In this document: piece by piece, positions 13,519-24,764 of the stretch
Layout: the number at the start of each line of letters is the position of its first letter
How positions within the stretch are numbered: the first letter of the stretch is position 1
Assembly: GCF_000150275.1 (NCBI RefSeq)
Contig: NW_002060946.1
Location: 5,618,597 to 5,682,596, forward strand
DNA from: Trichoplax adhaerens
Lineage: Eukaryota; Animalia; Placozoa
Direction of reading: 5' to 3'
DNA length: 64,000 bases
The notes under the pieces: model-generated
The model's database searches: none
What the model was told of the DNA's origin: nothing
What the model saw: only the letters and a program-made list of their open reading frames with translations
Program-made: the position numbers and the translations under genes

Positions 13519-16500
13519 ATGATTGCAAGGCATTTCTATTCAGCAATTCATTTGTACTCGCGCAGCTTAAGGTTGCCACGTGTGCTGTCACCAGGTATGC
13601 TGCTGCATCTTGGTCACAAGTCCATGAGCAGAGTTTTAGTTTTGCACCATCTTTGCAATTCCAATGATAAATCATTGCTTAGATGGAAAGTGTTGCAGGA
13701 TAGCTGAATTGTTGATACACATCATCAGTCTTGATAGATCCAATCATTGTCTACATAATCATCTTACAATAAATCGTGTGTATATTCATCCTAAATTTGT
13801 CATTGATATCTGCTGTGCAGGATTAAATGCTTGGTCTACCTTTCGACTGGCAGCGACCACGACCATGAAGTATAATAGTAAGTAGACACACTTTTCTACA
13901 TTAAATCATGCGTTCTATAGATACACTGGTGGACAGGAGTTGATTAGGATGCAAGCATTGATAATCCTCATCGGGCAATAGTTCAAGGATACGGTATCAC
14001 AGGCATACAATCAATCAGTCCTCCATCAAAAACTTTGATGACTTGTAGATACAGGCTTATAAAATAGAAATAGCGATTGCAGCATTCATGCCATACTTGT
14101 ATTTTTATACCAATCACACAGTTGAAGTAGACACTACATCCAACTTACTTGATATTCAAGTGTAAAAAGTGATCAAGACCTTTTAGAAAGCAATTTTCAA
14201 AGTGTGATCCTATTCGTTGGCAATAGGACTGTAGACTAGAAATAGTAATACGTAAGGAATGCAACGTTTTGGTCACCTTTACAAGGCTGAGAATACAGCC
14301 CATGATGAGGTAGACGTATAGAGGTAGTTATCATCAAGTATGGCATAAGCAAGGATGCCATAGTGTACATCATGATAAAGTCATTATACAGGAAATACAT
14401 GCGTGCATCACTTCGTACAACTTCACAAAGCTGAGAAGAGTAGAAATCCATGATGAGGCATATGGATGCAATAGGAAGGAAAGGAGTCGTTATACAATCA
14501 TGTCTTATCATCAAGGATAGTAGTATAGATCATGACTGAGTGATTATACCGTAAATGCCCTACGCCCATAACTTAGTAAAATGCAATAGACTAATGATGC
14601 TTGCAATTGCTTCGTGATGGACAGATACTGCATTAAAACAAGATTCTAGTCACCATTTTGATGCACCAACTCAACATTTGAAAAATCGACTACAGCCCAT
14701 CGATGAAGATGTGTAAGTCTTTTCTGACGCGTATATTAACGGTTGATAAGTAGTGGATATTGGCTACACAATGGATCTCGAGATATCATGATAGAATTTT
14801 GATGGCTTCGCCTGTTTTCCAAACTAATAGTAGTTATTTTGAATGATTGCAGTGACAACTTTGCACAGTTTCCATTAGATGAAACATTGGTATCCAGACT
14901 GCATCAACTTGGTTTCAATCGTCCTTTTCAAATTCAAGCAGTTAGCCTTCCTTATACATTGAATGGCAGGTGATGCATAAATGCAGTATTGCAAAACTAC
15001 TTTCTTGTATTGTTTGCCGTGTTTGCAGATTTGTAATCATATCTAACTCTGGATGATTTCAAATGCTATTGTAGAGATGTATTAGGGAAAGCCCTTACTG
15101 GTAGCGGTAAAACGTTAGCCTTTGCTTTACCAATTATTCAAAAATTATCGCAAGGGTAAAGGGATTAAATTTGCTCGATAGTTAGTGCTATATTGTTCTA
15201 CAGACTGTGTTATTGATAAGGTAATACTAAGCAAATGGATGTAAATATCAATTGTAGTGAGAAAACGGGTAATCCTCGAGCCATCGTCATTGCTCCTACA
15301 AGAGAGTTATGTAGTCAAGTTCATGGGTAAATTGCTTATTCATCATGTTGACAAGCCTAGTTCAATAAATTCTTGAAGTGACATAAATCAAGAAACAGTT
15401 GATTTAAACGTCATAACCATAGATGCAATATCAATTACTAATAATCATATCAAAATGCAGGTGTATTGCTGATTTATCAAGTACAATAAAATCTGTTGCA
15501 TTGTATGGTGGTACTGCTTACGGTCCTCAAGTAATTGGCTAATGAATGATACTAAGCTTTTTTACTTTACGAACGACTATTATACGCGTCTATTTGTCTA
15601 ACAGTATCAAATATTTCATTGTAGACCTCAAAGCTAAGAAGAGGTGCTGATGTTATATGTGCTACACCTGGACGATTAAACGATCACCTGAAGCGTAACA
15701 ATTTTGTAAGTTACTTTTACCCTTATTTAAATAATATCGCGGAATAGACAATGCGGTATGATGGTGCTGCTATCTTTTTAAATAGTGTCATAATACTGGA
15801 TTTTTTTACATGTTCTAATCGATCGCAGGTTTTAGATGATGTTCAGTTATTAATTTTGGATGAAGCTGATGAAATGTTGACCCCAAATTTTAGAGTAAGA
15901 GTTGCATTCCCTTCATAGCTTTTATTTTTAACTATACCATAAGCACTAAAAGACATGATTTTGTTAGGAACAAATTGAAAATATTCTACAGGATAGCCCC
16001 CAAAACAAACAGGTTTTAATGTTTGGTGCAACAATGCCACGATATATCAAAGAAATTGCCAAGAAGTATGTATGTTAGGAGATGCATCATTTTTTTTTGC
16101 TACGATAAACGCTAGTCGAATTACCTCAGGTGCCTAGAACATAGCTATAATATTAGCATATAGTGATGTTCCATAGCCTGAGGGAAATCATTTTTCAGTT
16201 GTTTTTCACACGGGATACATAACATGAGGTATTCTCGTATAGTTCTTGACTGATACACTTCCTGCTCCAAATATTATGATGATTTTATAATCCATGTAAT
16301 GTGCTGTGATGTCTTCTCACTATTTCTGATATTGGTTCATTTAAGATATTTAAAAACTCCAGAAGTAATCGACATAACCAAAAAGGGTTCTCCATTTCCC
16401 AAAACTGTAACCCATAAGGTAGATGCTTAGTTCCATACCAGATGATGCCTTTTAAGGAGTATTATATAGTTAAACACATGAAGCCTAGTTTTAGGCTTCA

Positions 16501-18385
16501 TATTTTTACCATTGTGTCTTGCTGATCATTCTTAAAAATTAACTTTTGGCATATATAGGCCGTCAAACTATTAAACTGGAGTTGTCGTTCATTAGCAGTT
16601 AGAAATATTATCGAGGAAGAGGGTATCCAGCGGTCGGTTGTATTTGTAACAACAAAAGGTCAGCCAAGTATACCTATTAATCACCTTACATTTGGTAATA
16701 GTTTTATGACTAATTTTTATATCTTGACTTCAACCATTAAAGTGGAAGCCAACGATTTAGCTCAAAAGATCAATGGTTTTGGCTTACCTGTTAAACCATT
16801 ACATTCTGATTTAAGTCAGAATAAAAGAGAGGAAATTATAGAAGCATTTAGAGTTGGAAAATTAAAGGCAATCGTTGTAAGTTTATTGTTGACATTTTAA
16901 CCTTGTGATTACCGTATATGTAGTACAATACGCTTAGTGATAATATTGGGAGTTCCGGAAACACTTGAAATGTGTCTTATCTAATACTCCACTCGTTTTG
17001 CTATATATAATTAGGCAACCGATGTAGCTGCTAGAGGATTAGATATTCCTGAAACTGATTTAGTAATTCAAGGTAAGAAATTACTAAATATTTCAGCGTA
17101 TAATAATGATCAGTATGTCATTTGCGTAGCTTTACCACCCTTTACCATTAACATATCAACGTTCTTTTTTTTATAGTTGCTCCACCACCTAACGGATTTG
17201 ACTTTTACGTGCATCGTACTGGTCGCACAGGCCGTGCCGGTCGTTCTGGAGTTGCTGTACTAATTTATGGATCCGATCGCAAAGATCGATTATTTTTAAA
17301 GGAGGTAGTATAAACGGAATCTGCAGATGTTTATCTGAAATTTAAATTTTATGTCTAGATATTGATGTCGTTTACAAAAGTAAACTTTGATTTAAAGTCA
17401 TATACTTATCAATGATGATAGCTCAGACAGCAAGTACAAGTAGAGGAAAAATCACCGTTAAAGTTTGAAGAAATTGCAAAATATGCAATTAGTGCCGCGG
17501 GTGATAGACTTCAAGAGGTAAAGTAGTGGCATTGTTATCATGATAGCATACTGTACTCTTTTGAGATAGATTTTACCAGTAGCCGCACGCTAGATGCTAG
17601 CCATGAATACAGCTTAACCATTGTGAATTTTATTTGGATGTAATAGGCTGATCAGAGATCGATAAAATTTGCTTTACCAAAAGCGCAAGAAGTAAGTTGA
17701 AGATACTAAACAACCAAAATTTGCTATATACACTTCATTCTCTCGTATACAGTGTGCAAAGAGTAGCACATAAATCTGATCTCAATATTTGGATATATTT
17801 GACGTTTTAGCTCTTACAAAAAGAAGAAACTACTGACGGAAATGGTCCTGCTGATGTTTTAGCAAAAGCGTTGTTGGTTTTAGCAGATTTACCGAGCTTA
17901 AAACCAAAGTAAGTTTTGATAATCGTACACAGCGTAGCAGCGACTCTATACCTATAAAGTTGGTAAGTGTACTAAAATAGATATTATCTTTTAGATGGAG
18001 TTCAGACGATGCAGATGACGACTGGGATAGAAAGCGTTCTAAAAGGAAATTTTCGAATAAGGACGATAATTACTCTAGTAGGAGATATGAAAATTTTGGT
18101 AAGAGTGATCGCGATTCTAGTAGGAGACGTGAAAATTTTGGTAGGAGTGAGCGCGATTCTAGTAGGAGACGTGAAAATTTTGGTAGAGGCGATCGTGATT
18201 TTAGTAGGAATCGTGAAAATTTTGGTAAAGGTGATCGAAATTCTAGACGTCGAGAGTTTGGTAAAGATTTTGAATACACACGTTACCGAAAAGATGGGAA
18301 TAGGGATTCTAAAATGGGTGAAGGAAGAGGAAGATCGAAAGGAGACTGGGGTAAAAAATTTAGCCGAGAATTTTTTGATGAGTAA
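13519..18385 (+). CDS. DEAD-box RNA helicase, DDX21/DDX50/plant PMH-like, with putative mitochondrial presequence and repetitive Arg-rich C-tail
   Basis: Spliced motifs: Q (GFNRPFQIQA), I (ALTGSGKT), Ia (APTRELC), GG, Ib (ATPGRL), II (LDEADEML), III (FGATMP), V (ATDVAARGLDIP), VI (HRTGRTGRAG). Stop TAA at 18383-18385. The 5' exons starting at 13519, 13821 and 14643 splice in phase; the start codon is less certain than the helicase core. Confidence 0.9.
18074..18270 (+). repeat. Coding 42-nt tandem repeat (SSRRRENFGRSERD-like) in the helicase tail
   Basis: tctagtaggagacgtgaaaattttggtag... repeated about 4.5 times in frame with the helicase last exon. Confidence 0.85.
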
Positions 18386-18858
18386 TAATTATAATAATCC
18401 AAATGGAATTGATAGCTTGAATTGTATAGTTCAGTAATTTAAAGAAATCGACTTCTTTCAGGACAGTATTATTTTATGTTATCTGCTCTATAGCATTATA
18501 ATAACAAAAGACACCTGTTATATATAAATTATATGGCGAGAAAAAGTAGGCTAAACATTATTATAGCAAGAAAGATCTAAAATTATGCTTGCTTTAATGT
18601 GAAATTGTCACTATCGGTATCAAAATTTAATTTATAACATTATCTTTGATTAAAAATATTTGCATTACATTCTTGACTTTGATAATTACATTTTAGGAGA
18701 GGATTTTTTACTTTTTTTAAAATGTGCATTTGAGTTGATATATAAGAGTATGTAAAGTTCGAAGATGCGTCTTAAGCTATTCTCATGTTAGGCAACATGA
18801 TGTATAATTAATTTGTTAGTTTGTAATAGATATCTCTTTTCATGACGCTGTAAAGATA

Positions 18859-19686
18859 TCAGTCTTCATCTTTTAAATCCGAGTTTGCGATATCAATATA
18901 CAACTGTAGTTGGCCGTTGATTTTCTTTGCTATAGATAAATACCTGTTAATAAAACAAGTCTGTCGTTATGAATACCAAAGAATCACTCTTGATTATATT
19001 TTGCTACATACAAAACGGTGTTTACTCGTAAATCAATCTTGGTCAATCAAATTATCTTTGTGCAATCGAGCACTTGCAAGTGTATTGTAGCTTCTCAATC
19101 TAGTTTAAATTTAGTAGGCAATCTGTCAATACTGCATTACTTACTTTCCTTTATCAATTACAGTGGCATCTTCACGATGAAGGATATAGCGACCACTAAT
19201 ATAATACATTGAATCTTTGATGATGACTCCATAACCATCGTAAAAATATCGACTTTGCAAGCCATATTCTTTACCCATAATGACCACTTCATCAAAATAT
19301 TCCGTAATGGCTAAAGATAGAACAAAAAAAACTGAAAATTTTCATAATAAAGACAATACGATATAAAATAATCAAGGAGTAGTAATTGATAGCCACACAG
19401 ATTCAATTAGTACAACTGATAATATCTGTTAACTTCTTATCTCTTCGACATTTTGAAATAATAGCAAAGTCATCTTGATGCTTTTATTTTGCACATTGAA
19501 AATCTTACCTTGCCTACCTACAATTTCGCAATGACCCGGAGGTAATAATACGGCGTCATCAGTAAATAAATGATGGATAGCGCCTAAGTCTTGTTGATTA
19601 AAAGCATCTTGTAACATTTTATTAAAAGCACTAATTTCCTTCTTCAGTAAAGGATCGACAACAAAATCAGATGTTTCACTTGACAT
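18859..19686 (-). CDS. NTF2/SnoaL-like (DUF4440/YybH-type) protein, paralog 1 (3 exons)
   Basis: MSSETSD...FNQQDLGAIHHLFTDDAVLLPPGHCEIVGRQ / AITEYF...DATVIDKGK / YLSIAKKINGQLQLYIDIANSD. Matches the family pattern F-N..D......Y/F-TDDA-x-L-PPG....G...I..Y and GKY....K...G.W....D..NS. Confidence 0.85.
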
Positions 19687-22600
19687 GATTAACTACAACG
19701 TTGCAGGTGTTCAAAATGCTCGCTATATAAAGAAAGGCCAAAATTTTGACAGTATTAGCAAATTATTCCATTGCTGCAATTAGACTATTTGTACTGTAAG
19801 ATTATGCAATAAAAGTATAATATAACTCAACTATTCATAAACGCATAGCAAGATGGCATTCATATCACCAATTCATGGTAGCATTGCAGCAGTAGCAATT
19901 AAGCGATTTCGCTTCTTTGCAAAACCTTGCAGTTTTTAAGTTGAAACAGAGTACAGACATGGACAAAATATGTAATTTGCAAGCGAAGATAGTATTCTAA
20001 ACTATGTATTTTAATTTTAATGCATTATTTTAGCTCACCTTAGCCTATAAAAGAGTTATTAACCTGATTATTTTATAAGTCTTTCCTTTCTAGTAGATAT
20101 TTACGAGGTGATGTCCTATTTTGCTGATGCAATAGGGGTTTTTATTAATTAAATGACGATATTTTCAGAGTTTTAGACGGCATGGGACTCAAAGGAGGAA
20201 CAAATAGTTCAATGATCTAACCATATGTTATGATGTACGGTTATTACTTCATTAAATATTAGTAATATTCCTTATTAGCATAAAATGATGATATAAATTA
20301 TATTATTTAACTGGAAGAAATTTTGCCTCCGTTACTGCAGACGCTGCGGATAGAATTAGATTTTCTATTTTACAGTATATGATTGGAATGTATAATTTCT
20401 TATTTTTAGGCATTAAACTTAGATATCAGTGTAACTGTAGTCTAACTAGCAAATAAACTTTGATCTAATACACGTTTATACGTATGATTAAGTAATACTA
20501 ATTCTATTATTAGCAGTATCGCTATGTCTGCATTCGCAGTTAGTTACACACGCCATTTCTAAAGTGACGAAAGTATTTGATTTTTATCGTAATGTTAAAT
20601 TAATTATCATCAATAAATGAAAATAGATCTAAATTGTATCGTCTAATCTAAAATTTAAAATAGATTTTATGAAGGAAGAAAACAGATCTATCGCATACAA
20701 ATTACTCTCTATTGCACTATCATACAGCGATTGATTAAAATTTCATCGATTTATTTGCCATATAATACTTGAAATGGAACTTACATCAATCTTAACGCAA
20801 TCACAGCCGGTATTAACGTGCCAGAATAATTTAATATCGTGCAGAAATCAAGCAGGTATGGTAAAATTTCAGATTTTCCTTCTTCCGCATTGAATATAAG
20901 AAAAGTATTTAGATTAGGGTAGTATCCCAATTCTTTACGGGCTACCTATGCAGGTCGTTTAACTGAAAGGTAATTTATTACTAGTAGCACTGCTTCCTAA
21001 GCATTTCAGCGAACACGGTATGCTGAGATTTATTTCTCTAGAAGGTGGCCAATATTGCAAACCATCCCTGTTGTAAACGCCCTTACCAACAATAGAGCTA
21101 TAGTAATTAATTAAATTAAACGAATCAAATTAAAAAATCTCTCCACTTTAGGATACACCTGAACACTATTTTTGCTCTATCAAATAAATCCATACAGATT
21201 GCTGGCTAAATTTAGCTTATACTATCCATTAATTATCAGAAAAATTCATTTATCAGCAATCATCATAGCTTGATAACGGCGTGTAAGAGAGCTCAGGAAT
21301 AGTCCTTTTCCTATTATACAATCAATATTAAACCTTTTATGACTAAGAAATGCAAATAGAATATCAATTGTTTCATGATAACTAATTTTAATTCTTAGCT
21401 GTATAGATTGAAATAGGCAATTTGGTTGAATTATCACAATTAATTTAACCATTAAGATAAATATCAAGGAAATATCTTTTTATGGCAATATCCTAGCTTT
21501 TATGCGTTAGTAATCAATATCATTCGTCGGATATAGCATTGCAGTAAAATATGGAGCTAGGATTATACTGAGATAGTTTTGCTATTCTTTCTTTATTTAC
21601 TATAGCTATGCAACGTGTTTACGATTTTTGTTTGTCATCCAACAGGTATGATCGGAGCACCCATTTGTAAATTGGGACTGACTGTTGCAATATTGCCGTA
21701 CAGTAGAGTAGTAATTCTTCAAAATACAAGGTGATCAACTCTTAAAATTAGCTCAAGATTGCTATAAGTGGATGTTACTTTATCCACTGTATAGTCTATA
21801 TAATTACTAGAAATGGCTATGATTACAACTATTGATAGCTATTGTAAGGTTGTCCTTTTTATGGCATGGTATCAAAAACTTTTTTGGCGTAATATTTACC
21901 TTATTATACAGATGGAAATGTTTTATATTTGATTTAATGATCCAATTAAAAGACGATAAACACGTGTGGAACAGAGTAGGCCAAATCAATACAGAGTAAT
22001 TCGTTAGTGGCTAAATGTAAAGATATTTATGTATGTATTGATATTGTGTTATTGGAACCGTAGGCCTACTACTAGGTAATACTTTGAGCTATGACATTAA
22101 AATATCAATTTATAATTAGAGTTATGTTTGATTAAAAGGCAATTATTTACGCTATAGTTACTTTCTTTACAATCTTTAAGGAACTTTTTAAGCTTAGACG
22201 ATATTATTTCATCTTGAGCTTACACCTATTGTCCCTTATTGAGTTAGTCTGCAGGACAGTACAAAAAAAAATTGAGGAGTGGGTTTTTATTTCCATCATT
22301 AGCATTTAGATTATGTCGCCCTCTTTTACTTGTATTAGACTTTATTCACATTGTTGATAGTCTAACCCTTGAAAAGTAGAAATAAAATTCTACTACGATG
22401 ATAGCAAGGTGAAATGGCGTCTTTGATATCTAACAGTACTTATAAATAACTTGTTCTTGATCTAGAGAAGTAGATATGAATGGCATTCGATCCTTTCAAT
22501 AGATTAAGGTTAACTAAACAGTTTAAGTCTTCGTGGCATCTCATGAAAGTAATTTATTGGTCTGCTTATTCTTTTCAATATAGAAAGACTTCGATACTAG

Positions 22601-23260
22601 TATAACGTAGCCAAAATTAGCTTTCTGTTGCTATACTAGTATATTGCTAAATTACTATTACAATAAGGAATCTCATCTATCGATACAACAGACTAAATAA
22701 ATAACCAGTAATCCTCTTACACCATAGATATGCATAGAATCATGTACAAAACGGCAATCACAATCCCTATTGCCAATCTATATATTTTATCCTTTTTTTC
22801 ATGGATCATCCTACATTCTACTTTTATCAAGTGTATCAAACCCATGGCAATCATGTCCAGACTGAATTAAGATAGCGACATACTTCAAGTTGGAGAGAGA
22901 CTAATGTAATCAATCATGGCTAAATCAGTCGACAAGTTGGATTCTATCTATCCGCGATAGAGCAATAATTGATATTTTCTAGTCTCCAAATTATTCATAT
23001 ACCATTGAAAACTTAATTATTGTGAATAGCTTTTTAAGCTTGTAACCTGTCATGATTGGTTCCCTAAATATATTAATAATTTAGATTGAATAAAAGAATA
23101 ACAATGATCATTTTAATTATATTGCTATTTTTTAAAAGTGATGGGGATTTAAAACTGTCCTTTCCAACAATGAGAAAGTTCTTTGTTTATTTAATTTAAT
23201 TAGAGTTATGTAAATAATACCGTACGATCTCGTGAAGAAAGAACCGATATTAAATATTAA

Positions 23261-23826
23261 GAAAGGTTTACCCGAAAATGTCCACTTATTAACATTGCAA
23301 AGATTTGATAATAATATATTATTGCGGTTGGAACATCAATTTGCTGTTAAAGAAGACAGCAAATTGTCTAAGCCAGTTACTGTGTCATTAAAGGTCAGGC
23401 ACATAAAAAATATTAATTGTAGTAAACATCTTTTATAATAAAATCAAGCCCAATACAAGAAGTGTGTGACATTCATAAGCTTAACTTAATTTTCTATCTT
23501 TCTTCAACAGAATTTGTTCAAATCTTTCAATATAACTAGTATTTCTGAAGTGACTCTGTCAGCTAATGCTGAAATAGGCCAATTAAAACCGCTTCAATGG
23601 AAAACACATGACACAAGTTCAGGTTTGATTTACCATTAAACAATAAATCTTGCTAAAGTATAATTTATTGGTCTTCATGTTTGGTAGTTTATGAATTCTG
23701 AAATTCGATAAAATTTTATCTTACATAGATAAGCTAAATTTGGAAAAAGTGATAGCTGAAAATCTAAACATCGATCTAAAAGCTATGCAGATTCGAACTT
23801 TCAATGTCACATTTACCCGCTATAAC
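23261..23826 (+). pseudogene. Duplicated 3' fragment (last three exons, first truncated) of the alpha-mannosidase gene
   Basis: [44 protein letters not shown] ... [14 protein letters not shown] is near-identical to 39292-39856; the rest of the gene is absent. Confidence 0.85.
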
Positions 23827-24764
23827 TAACAGAATACAACTAAATCTGTTTTTTAACCTTATAAAAATTATTCAAGTATACCCTAGTTGGATATTAACTA
23901 AAGAAATTATCGTTGAATTTCTTATGTTTGCATATTTTGTCGCTTGACTTAAAATATTAATTGTACTAGTTTATCAATTCTTTAGTGAATTATACTAAGT
24001 CACAAAATTAAGATTTATGTTTTTTCATAAAATGTTCTTTGTACTACTACTACTATCCTTTTAAACTAACATCAATTATTGATAAAACCTAAGTTTATTA
24101 CTAGTATTCATGAAATACTCATGACATGAAAACTGATATGATTCATTTTAGTCACCAATATTAAATCTATTTTTATCAGGTAAAACAGGTCTAGTTAAAT
24201 TTTGTGGAGTATTTCCTAATAATATAATCAAAAGAGCACAGGCAATATTTGTTACTACAATAGGATACATTTCAATTGCTTTATTTCAAGAGTTGCTAAA
24301 AGTTTCCAAAAGCTAATCTTTTAGTTACGTCTACAGCAATTACTAGCTACACCAAAAATGTAGCAGGTAACATAGCATCGACGATAAGACATTACAACTA
24401 ACACCAATAAGTACGAATCACTACACAATAAGTATAAATAATCAATGATACTACAGCTACGTTTAGGAAGCTGAAGCAGCATTGGAATTAGCTGAATCAG
24501 CGTAGATCTTCCATACACCGTTGTCTTTGTAGTATAAAGCAAGACCCCTAAGAAGACGTATTAATAAGAACAGATTAGGTTTCTTATCTACCCATTGCAT
24601 TCAAAATGCTATCAAGTAGCATAAATACGATATACTGTCTGACTGTTGATGTTGGACGATAAAAATTTTCAATATTGGCATCTCTACTTGTATATTGTTC
24701 TAGAATACTTACTTTCCGTTATCAAAGACAGATCCATCAGCCTTGTATAAGGTGTTGTTATAGA

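Noticed and set aside
16266-16336. Possible intronic C/D snoRNA (ATGATGA...CTGA with short terminal stem)
   Set aside because: The C-D span is only ~54 nt, it overlaps the acceptor region, and I could not identify a convincing rRNA guide
18009-18437. 142-aa hydrophobic repeat ORF (VKILVGVSAILVGD...)
   Set aside because: Off-frame reading of the helicase last exon; the splice phase selects the Arg-rich frame
24321-24542. Identical 73-aa ORFs at 24321-24542 (-) and 38575-38796 (+)
   Set aside because: Off-frame readings of the DUF4440 last exon and 3' UTR; identical only because of the duplication
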